Positions 38,245 through 51,248 of a stretch of 64,000 nt of DNA are shown here, one piece after another; within the stretch, counting starts at the first letter, position 1; each line of letters opens with the position of its first letter. Below the pieces are notes generated by a model. That model saw only the letters and a list, made by a program, of their open reading frames with translations. It did no database searches and was not told the DNA's origin. This stretch comes from Octopus sinensis (lineage: Eukaryota), in assembly GCF_006345805.1 (NCBI RefSeq), contig NC_043014.1:38130001-38194000 (forward strand), written 5' to 3'. A program made the position numbers and the translations under genes.

Positions 38245-38757
38245 GTCAGGTCACTTTCGAGCGCTACTGGTAACAGGTAACCCAGTATCACCTGTTACAT
38301 GGTCGGGTCGTCGGCGACTAAACCGGCAACCCCACCAAGCTTGTTTGGTGAGGAGGGTGTTTATTGGACACCCTGTGGGATGAAAAACAAAACCCGTCAA
38401 AGGGCGGAGGAACTCTTGAGAGTCAACGGCCATCCAATGAATGTCTTAAGGCTGTATCATGCGCGGGGACATAGAAATAATCGGACTGAATACCTGGTCG
38501 CGCAGTTAAACCATTGGGAGTGAAGGACTCCTAGCCTTTGTTAGGGCATCATTCTACGAGAAGGCAACTCAGGTAACTGGGATAACTCCGACATAAAACC
38601 TGCGGCTCAGTGGTTACCGATGATGTTGACTTGTTCTTCTTTTCGGATTATGGCTGCTGTTGCTTAGTGAATAGGATTGACTCAGTGCACAGCCTTTCTT
38701 CACTTAAAAAAAATCTTCTTGCACAGGCATTGCATGATAACAACATTGATTAAGCTT
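38245..38757 (+). mobile_element. about 510-bp non-coding interspersed element, copy 2
   Basis: Matches the reverse complement of 5895-6407 along its whole length. Confidence 0.7.
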
Positions 38758-39092
38758 TGTGCAATGGCCATACTCGATAACGAGGGGGCAGCCACCATGT
38801 ATGTATTTACATACACACATACATATATGTATATATATATGTATAGATAGATGACGATGGTGAGAGAGATAGGGTCAAAGATGGAGAAAGTATAAATGAG
38901 ATACACAATGTCTACTGATCCCGGAAGCATAAGTGTCGAAAGAAAAATAGGCAGTCAAAGCTAGGGGAAGAACGGGGAGCGATTGAGTACCAAGAATGAT
39001 AGTATATGGAAAACTGGGCAGGCGGGAGAGAGAGAGAGAGACGGACAGACAGAGATAGAGAGATACAGAGAGAGAGAGAGAGAGAGACAGAG

Positions 39093-39147
<55 letters not shown>

Positions 39148-39594
39148 GAGAAAGGAAGAGATAGATTGAAATAGGGACGGCTACATAAATGGTTATCATA
39201 AATGTAACCCAGTACACTTACCAAGTAAATTGACTGTTCCACCATTGGGACCTGTCACACGCACTTTTACAAATGTACGTACGTTTACTTTTACATTCCA
39301 AGACAAAAATTTTCACAGATTCTTCAATGCAGGTCTGTGCTTTTCGTTTGTCAGATTGTTTATTGCTTGAGTACATGTGTGTGTGTGTGAGTGTATGTGT
39401 GTGTATGTGTGTGTGTGTGCCTATGTGCGTGCGTGCTTATATGCAAATATGTATGTACGTATGAGTGTGTGTGTATATATATATATGCATGTATATATGC
39501 ATATATGTATATATATGCATATATAGGTATGTGTGTGTGTGTGTATGTATGTATATATATGTGTGTGTGTGTGAATAAATTGTCTTCTAGATCA

Positions 39595-39780
39595 CGCATT
39601 TATGAAAATAACACTCAAATCTCATTTTAACAGATATGTTTACAAAAATTCATTAAAATATCTTGAAATACTAAAGAGTAAATTTATTCAATAAAATCGC
39701 CATTCGCTTCAACCACGGCCTCCAGACGACTTTGAAATCTCCAGCATCTCTTCTGGACGGTCTCCTTGCTGCCATAATCT
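39595..39780 (-). pseudogene. Tc1/mariner transposase C-terminal remnant
   Basis: Minus strand: KETVQKRCWRFQSRLEAVVEANGDFIE*. Confidence 0.6.
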
Positions 39781-39874
39781 TTGCTAGGGGGGAGGGTCAA
39801 TAGCGAAACCGGTTGATATATTAAAAATTATATTAAAACCATGTAAGTGTGCGTATTTTCCTTTTTTAATTTCT

Positions 39875-39918
<44 letters not shown>

Positions 39919-39959
39919 GTGTGTGTGTGTGTGTGTGTATGTATATATATATGTATATG

Positions 39960-39990
<31 letters not shown>

Positions 39991-40081
39991 ATGCATATAT
40001 GATATGTACATCTATATATGTATATATATGTATATATAATATGTATATATATGTATATATATATATATGTATATATATATA

Positions 40082-40122
<41 letters not shown>

Positions 40123-40126
<4 letters not shown>

Positions 40127-40510
40127 CATGAATGTGCGGTAAGAAGCTTACTTCTCAGCCACGTGGTTCTGGGTTTAGTCCCATTGCGTGGCACCTTGGG
40201 CAAGTGTCTTCTACTATATAGCCTCGGGCCGACTCAAAGCCTTGTGAATGTATTTGGTAGACAGAAACTGAAAGAAGACTGTCGTATATGTATGTATGTA
40301 TGTATGTATGTGTATGTTTGTCTTTGTGTCTCTGTTAGTCCCCCACCCCATCCTCACCACTCCGTAACTTGGCGATTCGGCCAAAGTTTCCGATAGAATA
40401 AGTACTAGGCTTTATAAAAATAAGTCCAGGGATCGATTTGTTTCACTAAAGCACTGTCAAGACGGTGCTCCAGTATGGCCTCAGTAAACGAAAAAATTTG
40501 ACTGAAACGG
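40123..40510 (+). mobile_element. CORE-type two-part SINE
   Basis: gcgtggcaccttgggcaagtgtcttctactata...; tail cggtgctccagtatggcc...gactgaaac. Confidence 0.85.
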
Positions 40511-41041
40511 TGAAAAGAATATCTTTCACTCAAGTGTCAGGTGACTCAGCGATTCGAATGGCAGTTTGACCTCAAACATCTTTTCCTTCCCTTTCCATGT
40601 TCCAATGATCAATAATACGTCATCACCGTTCAATCTGACACGATCAAATAATACCCCCACCCCCACTACTACTACCACCACCACCACCACCACCATTTCA
40701 TATTTAAGAATTTACTTTAAGATTCCTTAAAAATTCTTTCAATGGAATGTGTCCTGTGTTGGGTCCCGTACATCGTTCCTGTTGTTGTTGTTGTTTGTTG
40801 TAGTTGCTTGCTTGCTTGCTGTCGTGTTACCCATGTTCAACCCTGATCGAGAAAAAAAACTTATGATCAAAGACATTCCAGCCATGACCGTCACATTCAT
40901 ACTTCAAACTTCGCATATTTTCTGCTTTGCTTTTGTTTTGTTTTGTAATTTTCTTATTGCTCTTTCTCTAAAACGGCAGGGTGTGATTTGATGACTTAAC
41001 TGCTATTTGTAGCAGATCGAGCCACCACATAGAAACTCTCC

Positions 41042-41084
<43 letters not shown>

Positions 41085-41106
41085 TAGTAGTAGTAGTATA
41101 GTAGTA

Positions 41107-41156
<50 letters not shown>

Positions 41157-41554
41157 CTCGTTGTTGTTTTGCTGTTGTTGCTCTTGTTATTGTTGTTTTT
41201 TGTTGGTCAGCCCTGATTGAATATAATTACGACCCAAGGCAATCCAGTTGCGACCATCACGTTTTTTCCCCTATATACAGGCAATCCAGTACCACATTCT
41301 ATCACATGATATTTTTTCCAAGACAAAAGTTATGTAATTTGTAGGAGATGTAGCTGCTATTTCTTGCAAGCCGGCCACATAAGGACTCTCGTGTTGGCTA
41401 GTCATGTGCTACTGTTGTTATTGTAATAGTCTTTTTGTTTTTTGTAATGTTTGCTTTTTTTATTAGTTTTTTTTTAAATCTGAAACCGCAACGAAGACTT
41501 GACCGTTCGATAATTTTGCACTGCTTGTCCTGTCCTTCTTCGCATTCTGCCTGT

Positions 41555-41561
41555 CTGTTTG

Positions 41562-41606
<45 letters not shown>

Positions 41607-41614
41607 TATCTATC

Positions 41615-41646
<32 letters not shown>

Positions 41647-41683
41647 TCTATCATCTATCTATCTATCTATCTATCTCTGTCTG

Positions 41684-41747
<64 letters not shown>

Positions 41748-41752
41748 CCTAA

Positions 41753-41807
<55 letters not shown>

Positions 41808-41808
41808 C

Positions 41809-41866
<58 letters not shown>

Positions 41867-41915
41867 GTCTATCTCTCTATCTAACAATCTATCTATCTAC
41901 CTATCTATCTCTCTA
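41555..41915. repeat. (ATCT)n microsatellite
   Basis: Directly visible. Confidence 0.95.
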
Positions 41916-43453
41916 TCTATCAATCTACCCCCACCTTTCTTCCCGCCCTTTCTTTTAGCTAAAAGGAGAGGTCATTTAAGTAAAGGTCAATCGTTATTCG
42001 TAACTCTACCAACTTTCTTCTTTCTCTTCCCCCTTTCTTTGGTTGCAACGTAAAAGTTTTTTTTAAATCGATAACGTTATTCCGTCATTCGTCTTTCCAA
42101 GGACCTTGCACTGTACTGACGAGGGCAGCGCGTGGCCTACAGGTGGTGGTGGTGGTCGTGGAATTTACAGGTAAGGATCGTCACCTCCCCTCCTCCCCTC
42201 CTCCCCTCCTCCCCTTTCGTCTTCCGCCCATAGTGTAAAACCATTACATAAATCATTACTTTGTAAGGTCAATGAGGTTGGTGACGCTGTTGTTGTTATT
42301 GTTGGTGGTGGTGGCGACGTTGGTGGTGTTAATGATGGTGGTGATGGTGATGGTGATGGTGACGGCTGTGTTGATGGTAGTGATAATCATGAAGTTTTGT
42401 TTGTTTATCCCCCGCAAACTCAGCATCGTCCGAGCAAAGTTATGATCAAAAGAATTCCAACCGTGACCATCCTGTCTTTTTTTCTTTTTTACAATATCCA
42501 AGGGAATCTACAGATACATTTTAGCCAATGTGATCCTTTATATATATATATATATATAATATATATATATTATATATATATATATATATATATTTATATT
42601 ATATATATATATATTTATAATTTAAGAAATTAAAAAAGGTGGTATGGGAATTCCTCTGCAATTTCTACCGGTCAGACGACCATGTAAGGTCTCCAAGGGT
42701 GTCAGTGATAAGCGATGAGGTGTGGGTGGTGGTGGTGGTGGTTATGGCGGCGGCGGCGGCTGCTGCGGTTGTGTGTGTGGTGATGGAGGTGGATTGGTGG
42801 CGGTAGTGGTGGTGGTGGTGGTAGTGATAGTGGTGGTGATGGTGGCGGTGAGGGCGTCGTACGAACTACGGAAGTTCCTTGTGACGTCAGTGACATACAA
42901 ACCAAACTAAATCAAACCCAAAGTGTACTGATGTGGACAATGATTGAACCGGAACCACGTAGTCCTGCTGCTGCTGTTGCTGTTGTTGTTGTTGTTTTTA
43001 ATGACACAAAATGTCGTTCATCTTTGAAACATTGTACCAACACATATATAGGCGAGATGAGTGAGAAAGCAGAGATTTAATGAGAGCGAGAGGAGAAATG
43101 ATGCGAGAGAGAAAGAGAGAGAGAGAGAGAGAGGAGAAATAATGTGAGAGAGAGAGACAGACAGAGACAGAAAAGTGAAAGTAGGGAGAAAAGAAGAAGA
43201 AGAAGAAGAAGAAGAAGAAGAAGAAGAGAAGAAGAAGAAAAGAAGAAGAAGAAGAAGAAGAAAAGAAGAAGAAGAAGGGGAGGAGGAGGGAAAAATCCGG
43301 TGAGAAACATTCTGAGGGAAAAGGGTTAAAAAGAAAGAGAGAGAGACGTTAGTGGAGAGAGAGATAGAAAGAGTGATAGGGGACATGAAGAGGGAGACGA
43401 CAAAACAACTCCCAACGAACCCCAATAACCGTGCGAATCATTCTTACGCAAAA

Positions 43454-43496
<43 letters not shown>

Positions 43497-44189
43497 CCTA
43501 AATTCGTAGAGAGAGAGAGAAAGAGAATGAGTGGAAGAGTGAATGAGCGTGTTTGGGAGTATGGTATGTTTAATCGTATCTGAAATGACTCGAGGTGATG
43601 TTTAATGATTTACGGGCAGATAAAATATTTACAACAAGCAAAACAAATTTATTTTGTAGAGGTGAAAAAAAAAACCACAGCGAAAAAACAAAACCTAAAA
43701 CTACGACTTCTTGAAAAATACCGAACGTTAATGTTATAAGCTAAATGTTCAAAGTTTAATGCTCTAAAGTAAACCTTTCTGTTGACACCAGAGATAAGGG
43801 GTTTTATTAATCCTTTTCGTTAAGTCTTACAGATAATAGATAGAAAGGACGAAAATGGCAATATCGCCATAATTGGTCTTCATTAAATATTGTAAGGTCG
43901 ATGCTAATAGAATGTACTTAATTAAGAGAAGCTTAATGTAATGAAATTTAATTCAATTAAAATTTCAAGTCAGATTAAAATAATTAATTAAACTGACTTG
44001 GCTCACTACATTGTTAGTATCGATCTTACCATCAGGTTTTCTACTTCAGTACATCATTAAATATGGCGAGCAGTATCAGTGGAAATTCTACTGTTATTTT
44101 TAAAATTATAGGATTGTTCGAAGTTCATGGAAATATTAAGAAAACGAACTTTTTCTTTTTTGTATTCGTATTTCCTTTGAAATCTAAGC

Positions 44190-44385
44190 TCCACGCGGCC
44201 CCGGCAGAAGGTAATGGCGAACTACTGCTGACTCTTTGGCCACAACTCTCTCTCATTCTTTCCTCCTGCTTCATGCAGCTCACCTGCGACGGACCGGCGT
44301 CCCGTCTAGGTGGGGAACCTATACGCCAAGGAAACCGGGAAACCGGCCCTAATAAGCCAGGCATGGCTCGAGAAAGAACAAACGA
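44190..44385 (+). mobile_element. headless SINE fragment
   Basis: aagctccacgcggccccggcag...ctgcgacggaccggcgtccc...ggaaaccgggaaaccggccc. Confidence 0.7.
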
Positions 44386-44578
44386 TTTCTTTTGAAGCGT
44401 TTGATTCTAGGGATGGCATATTGTCACCACAGCTTTCTACAATTTCAGAGTAGTCTGTCTCTCTTCCAGTTAGCAAACAGTTATGTGGTTCATTGTAAAA
44501 AAAGAAAAACCAACATCAATATCTTTATGTTCGGCAACAGAATCAACCAGAGCAAGTAAGACCGAGAGCTCTGAGAAG

Positions 44579-44579
<1 letters not shown>

Positions 44580-44630
<51 letters not shown>

Positions 44631-44657
44631 TAATAATGATATAATAATAATAATAAA

Positions 44658-44722
<65 letters not shown>

Positions 44723-44790
44723 TAATAATAATAATATAATAAAAAATAATAATAATAAATAATAATATTAATAATAATATAATAATAATA

Positions 44791-44822
<32 letters not shown>

Positions 44823-44836
44823 TAAAATAATAATAA

Positions 44837-44889
<53 letters not shown>

Positions 44890-44901
44890 TGATAATAATG
44901 A

Positions 44902-44932
<31 letters not shown>

Positions 44933-45265
44933 AATAAAAATAATAATGATAATAATAATAATAATAATAAAAATAATAATAAAATAATAATAATAATGAT
45001 AATAATAATAATAATAATAAAAATAATAATAAAAATAATAAATAATATAATAAATAATATAATAATAATATAATAATAATAATAAAAATAATAATATAAA
45101 AAAATAATAATAATAATAATAATGTAATAATAATAATAATAATAATAATAATATAATAATAATAATAATGAAAAAATAATAAAATAATAATAATAATAAT
45201 GATAATAATAATAATAATAATAAAAATAATAATAATAATAAAAATAATAAATAATAATAATAATA
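44580..45265. repeat. degenerate (AAT)n tract, about 690 bp
   Basis: Directly visible. Confidence 0.95.
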
Positions 45266-45817
45266 AATGCCCTGATGCAGTACCAGGCAGTGGCTCTCAT
45301 GGCTTCTGATCTTAACTGATTGGAAGTGTTATCATGTACATGTTTTGTCTTGGTATAAAAGATGGGCTACAGCAAATATTCTGCTCAATACCACAGATTT
45401 GCTTGTCAGTTGTTTGACCTTAACCAGTTGAGCATGTCCTTAGTGGCTGACGATATGTGCATCTCTGATCACGAGCAGAAGGGGGGGAGCATCATAGCCA
45501 TGTGTTGAGAGGGATTCTTTGGGGTTTGAATAATTCACCTCTGGAAACATGGGTGGTTCTTTCAACATCCTTAAACAACCCTTATTCAGGGACCTTTTGA
45601 GCGGGATGGGCTACTCAACTTGAAGAAAATTCTAACTGGGCCCCAACTGCAAGGTCATGTGCTGTTTATCTTGATATGGATCACCATGTCGCGCACATAT
45701 GGTTGTGATGGCATGTGCCTGGTGTACCTTTATCAGACGGGTAGTCATGATGGGTATATTGGGCTTCGTATATTTTACCCCAGTGTCACTTTGATGGCAT
45801 GCACTGCTCTCTCACTC
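45266..45817. mobile_element. about 550-bp non-coding element embedded in (TAA)n, possibly Dong/R4-related
   Basis: Complex sequence with sharp ends, flanked by (AAT)n on both sides. The R4/Dong assignment is inference from target type only. Confidence 0.45.
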
Positions 45818-45869
<52 letters not shown>

Positions 45870-46333
45870 TAATAATAATAATAATAATAATTTTCTTTAC
45901 TACCCACAAGGGGCTAAACACAGAGGGGACAAACAAGGACAGACAAACGGATTAAGTCAATTATATCGATCCAGTACGTAACTGGTACTTAATTTATCGA
46001 CCCTGAAAGGATGAAAGGCAAAGTCGACCTCGGCGGAATTTGAACTCAGAACGTAACGGCAGACGAAATACGGCAACGCATTTCGCCCCTTTCAACTAAA
46101 GGCACAATGCCTGGAATTTGTGGGCGGGGATAATCGATTACATTGACCCCCCCCCCAGCACTTCACTGGTACTTAATTTATCGATCCCGAAAGGAATAAA
46201 GGCAAGGTCGTTTTCAGCGGAATTTGAACTCAGAACGTTAAGAAGACAGACGAAATAATAAATAGTAATAATAATATAATAATAACAATAATAATAATAT
46301 AATAATAATATTGATAATATATAATAATAATGA

Positions 46334-46373
<40 letters not shown>

Positions 46374-46578
46374 TAATATAATATATAATATAATAATATA
46401 TACAAAACCATAATATCGCCGAAAATAACCACTAAAATTAAATTCTAAACTATAGGTTCTAAAAAACATCAATAATTAAGTAAAAAAAATAACTAAAAAT
46501 ATCATTAAAACTAACCTCTGTCTTAATCGCAAACATTGAGCTTGTTTATCCTCGAACAAAGGCAAGACTTTCAACGGA

Positions 46579-46611
<33 letters not shown>

Positions 46612-46990
46612 CAGTAGTAGTAGACGACGACTTCTCAGATCTTTTCGAGTGCGTTCGTGCTTTCATTTCAAACTAGAATTAAAACATTCAGCCGAACCAG
46701 TATTTTTTAAAATTCATTTAGCATCATGTTCCACTAATCCATTTCTTGCTCCTGCAATCTTTAAATCTTTTTCATTCAAAGAATTTATAGTGACTTCATT
46801 GTTGTCTGTTGAGATAATAAAGTATTCGTTTCGTTTCTCGTTTTGTGTTTTTGCATAGACGCTAGCAATTTGCTGACAGCGGCGGTTAGTGAGTTATAGT
46901 ATAGTTTATTATTCAGAAAAAGAATGTAGTCGAAATACTATTCACTCGTTAAGTACAACAAATACCAGCTTATAAAAAAAGACACGTAAT

Positions 46991-47790
46991 CGGCGAGCTG
47001 GCAGAAACGTTAGCACGCCGGGTGAAATGCTTAGCAGTATTTCGTCTGTCTTTACGTTCTGAGTTCAAATTCTACTGAGGTTGACTTTGCCTTTCATCTT
47101 TTCGGGGTCGATAAATTAAGTACCAGTTACGCACTGGAGTCGATGTTATCGACTTAATCCGCTTGTCTGTCCTTGTTTGTTCCCTCTGTGTTTAGCCCCT
47201 TGTGGGCAATAAAGAAATAAGAAACGTCAGCACGCCGGGCGAAATTCTTCGCGGTATTTCGTCTGCCGTTACATTCTGAGTTCGAATTCTGCCGATGTCG
47301 ACTTTGCCTTTCATCCTTTCGGGGTCGATAAATTAAGTATCAGTTACGCACTGGGGTCGATACAATCGACTTAATCCGTTAGTCTGTCCTTGTTTGCCCT
47401 CTCTGTATTTAGCCCCTTGTGGGTAGTAAAGAAATAGGTATTTCGTCTGTCTTTACGTTCTGAGTTCAAATTCTACCGAGGTTGACTTTGCCTTTCATCC
47501 TTTCGCGGTCGATTAAATAAGTACCAGTTACGCACTGGCGTCGATATAATCGACTTGATCTGTTTGTCTGTCCTTGTTTGTCCTCTCTGTGTTTAACCCC
47601 TTGTGGGTAGTAAAGAAATAGGTATTTCGTCTGTCTTTACGTTCTGAGTTCAAATTCTACCGAGGTTGACTTTGCCTTTCATCTTTTCGAGGTCGATAAT
47701 TTAAGTACCAGTTGCGTATTGGGGTCGGTGTAATCCACTGGCCCCCTCACCAAAACTTTCGGGCCTTGTGCCTGGAGTAGAAAAGAAAAG
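46991..47790 (+). mobile_element. SINE tetramer: head + four body units + tail
   Basis: tatttcgtctg landmark at 47038, 47255, 47439 and 47623 (184-bp period; 217 bp where a partial head is included). Confidence 0.9.
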
Positions 47791-47849
47791 AATATCATAG
47801 CAAGTGAAAATTTTCGAGGGTTAAATGAAAGCTAATGTATTCATAGGAT

Positions 47850-48170
47850 TGCGGTTTCGATTCCCAGACCGGGCGCTGTGAGTGTTTATTGAGTGAAAAC
47901 ACCTAAAGTTCCACGAGGCTCCGGCAGGGGATGGTGGCGAACCCTGCTGTACTCTTTCACCACAACTTTCTCTCACTCTTTCCTCCTGATTCTGTTGTGC
48001 CTGTTATTCAAAGGGCCAGCCTTGTCACACTGAATATCCCCGAGAACAACGTTAATGGTACACGTGTCTGTGGAGTGCTCAGCCACTTGCATGTTAATTT
48101 CACGGGCAGGTTGTTCCGTTGATCGGATCAACTGGAATCCTGGTCGTCGTAAGCGACGGAGTGCCAACAA
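47850..48170 (+). mobile_element. chimeric SINE (middle module of the 36700 type, tail of the 32263 type)
   Basis: acacctaaagttccacgagg followed by gccttgtcac...gttccgttgatcggatcaactgg...gtcgtcgtaagcgacggagtgcc. Confidence 0.75.
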
Positions 48171-48965
48171 ATGTATTTAATATTGTGAATCACCAACAAT
48201 ATTTTAATCAATTAAAATATTTAAAAGAACAGTCATCAATGTTAAGATAATTCATAGTTAATTGACAAGCGAGGTAGGGAGTGAAAAAAAGAAAGAAAGA
48301 AAGAAAGAAAGAAAGATGGAAAGAAAGAAAGAAGGAAAAGGAAAGAAAGAAAGAAAGAAAGAAAGAGAGAAAGAAAGAAAGAAAAAGACAAAGAGAATTT
48401 GAAGAGGTTACGCGTGTTTTGCAACTGAAGAATGGAGTGCACTGGGTTTACATTCTTGTAATTCTCTCGCAGCTACGTTCTCCAATATATGTGTGTGAGG
48501 ATGTTTATGTGTGCATGTGTGTATGTGTGTGGGGGAGAGGAGAGAGAGAGAGAGAGGGAGAGAGACAGAGAGAGAGAGAAACAGACAGACTAACAGAGAC
48601 AGAGAGAGAGACATCCCTCTAACTCTAATTTCACCTAATCAGTAACGAATATCTTCCTATGCAATTTGATGTCTACTTTAAAATCTTGGCAGATTCTCTA
48701 TAGAATCTAGAGAAATGTTAAGGGTTCATTGGCTGAGCAAGCGGTATAGAATTCTGCAGATTATGCGATTACATACAAACCTTAATGTATGTAATTGGCT
48801 ATTTTCAGCCAATCAAATCGTTTCCTCTAGATACATTCGTTTGACTTAAAAAGCGTCAATTAATGTCTTGTAAAATTCATTCAACAGTAGAGATCATCGC
48901 AGCAGCCGGATGACCCCACGTATCCCGGACTAGGACTATCTGTCTGTGTCTCTTTCCCAGTCTCT

Positions 48966-49037
<72 letters not shown>

Positions 49038-49040
<3 letters not shown>

Positions 49041-49473
49041 TCTTTTACTCTTTTATTTGTTTTTCAGTCATTTGACTGCGGCCATGCTGGAGCACCGCCT
49101 TTAATTGAGCAACTCGACCCCGGGACTTATTCTTTTGTAAGCCCAGTACTTATTCTATCGGTCTCTTTTGCCGAGCCGCTAAGCCACGGGGACGTAAACA
49201 CACTAGCATCGGTTGTCAAGCAATGCTAGGGGGAACAAACACAGACACACAAACACCCACACACACACGCATATATAATAATATATATATATATTAATAT
49301 AACATATATACGACGGGCTTCTTTCAGTTTCTGTCTACCAAATCCACTCACAAGGCTTTGGTCGGCCCGAGGCTATAGTAGAAGACACTTGCCCAAGGTG
49401 CCACGCAGTGAGACTGAACCCAGAACCATGTGGTTGGTAAACAAGCTACTTACCACACAGCCATTCCTGCGCC
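49038..49473 (-). mobile_element. full-length CORE-type two-part SINE
   Basis: Same architecture as 27272-27690. Confidence 0.92.
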
Positions 49474-50161
49474 TATCTGTCTTTTGCTCTTTCTTTCTTT
49501 CTCTTTCGCACACTCCCATCATACTCTCGCACATCAGGTTGAGCGGCGACATATTACAAGTTAGTTTATATTGTCTGAGAAATATCGTCTGTTCTTTTTT
49601 CTGTTACTTGTTTCAGCCATTAGGCTGCGGCCATGCTGCAGCACAACTTTGAAGAATTCTACTCGAACGAATCAACTCCAGTACTTATTTTTAAGTCTGG
49701 TACTTATTCTGTTGGTTACGGGGACGTAAACACACCAACACCGGTTGTAAAGCGGTGGTGAAGGACAAACTCAGGTACAAAGATACATACATACATACAT
49801 ACATACATACATACAAATAAACATACATACATGTGAGTGTGCGTGTGTGGCTGTGTAGTAAGAAGTTTGCTTACCAGCCACAGGGTCCCGGATTCAGTCC
49901 CACCGTTGTGGCATCTTGGGCAACTGTCTTCTACTATAGCTTTGGGCTGACGGAAGCTTTGTCAATGGATTTCGGAGATGGAAACTGAAGGAGCCCACCA
50001 TTTAGATAAATTCTAACAGAATAACCAGAATTTAGATAAATTCTAACACCTTAATGTTCTTAACAATCAAACCAACCTCTCTGTCTGTATATCTACCCTC
50101 TTTATAATGTTAGCAATTATCATGGAAATAAGTATATGTATTGATGGAAAACCTCTATGAA

Positions 50162-50245
50162 TGGCTGAAGATTGCTCAACATTTTAAAACTGATGTAATA
50201 CTTACAATGTTTAATAAAATGATGTAGCGTGAAACGATCGTACCA
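50162..50245 (+). ncRNA. type I hammerhead motif with about 60-nt helix II domain
   Basis: TGG-CTGAAGA-ttgct...agcgt-GAAA-C-GATC-GTA/CCA. Palindrome ACGATCGT; the insert pairs further (catttt/aaaatg). Confidence 0.7.
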
Positions 50246-50880
50246 AATTTCCGAAGATATTCTTGTTGCTTACTTTGATTATAATCACCCCATGGATTTA
50301 TATGGATAACACCGTACAAAATTCTGGTGCATCTGACTTGAGTACCATATTCATTTGAATCTAAACTTTGCTGAACTTATATATATATATATATATATAT
50401 ATATCATACGGGCACATAAGACGCCTGCCTACCTGCTAGAAAGTAGAGTTCAAACCCTCAGCTAAACCACCAGTAACACTGATAAAATTCAACTGAAAGC
50501 AACAGTAATCGGGCGAACAGATTAAGAATTTAGACATACCGTCATAGCTAAATCCTATATAGTTTGGCATTTGGATACACTTGTGTCATGATTTCGAGTC
50601 CTGGCGGAAAAACATTAAATCTTCTCGGTAATGGTTTACCAAGTGAAAAAATCCAACTCATCACGTTCAAGTCTGCCAACGTTCTGAATTGCTTTGCGCC
50701 ATAATCTTGCTCGTAGACACTTCGTGTGCCCTTACGATAAATATTAATTTTAATTTTGTAGCTATCTAACGCTATATTATTGTTGTTATTACCAATTATT
50801 TATATTTACCACAGATAATAATAACAATAATAATATGTATATAAATATTCGCATTTGAATATTTACTCCTTATTAATATA

Positions 50881-51248
50881 CAAGGTAATTCAAATGTCTC
50901 CATACATAGGAAAGATTTTTTTTTATAGGAATCAGTTTATAAGATCCCCTGATCTGCCCCCCCCCCCCTGATTTCTAATTTAAGGGGCATTTGAAAGGTA
51001 TGGTTTATCGCGGAAAGATAAAAAAGCATAGATCATTTGAAGGAATGCATCACCAACTCCTTTTCACACGTATCACCAGATGTGCTATTACGAGTTCACA
51101 ATGACTGGGGTAAACGTACTGCAATGTGTATTCAAAACAGCGGTAACCATATAGAGCCTGCTAAATAAAAGAAAACCCTTTTCTTATAAACTGTTTTGTT
51201 ATAAAAAGATAAATTGTTCCTATGTATGGCGACTTTTGAATCACCCTG
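50881..51248 (+). mobile_element. internally deleted Tc1/mariner element (MITE-like), 368 bp
   Basis: TIRs caaggtaattcaaatgtctccataca / tgtatggcgacttttgaatcaccctg with TA flanks; internal remnant reads ...KGMVYRGK..DHLKECIT...KRTAMCIQNSGNHIE. Confidence 0.8.

Noticed and set aside
39783-39820. GCTA...TAGC-GAAA-CCG-GTT (helix II plus palindromic ACCGGT)
   Set aside because: The 5' core is absent (junction with a Tc1 remnant). It may be a relic but is not counted.
46991-47790. CRISPR-like array or ribozyme in the SINE multimer linker
   Set aside because: The units are near-identical SINE bodies without unique spacers, and I could not fit HDV, twister or hammerhead folds to the linker.
48700-48830. 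Three CCAAT/ATTGG boxes
   Set aside because: The attggct...agccaat pattern is common inside DNA-transposon relics; there is no other promoter evidence.
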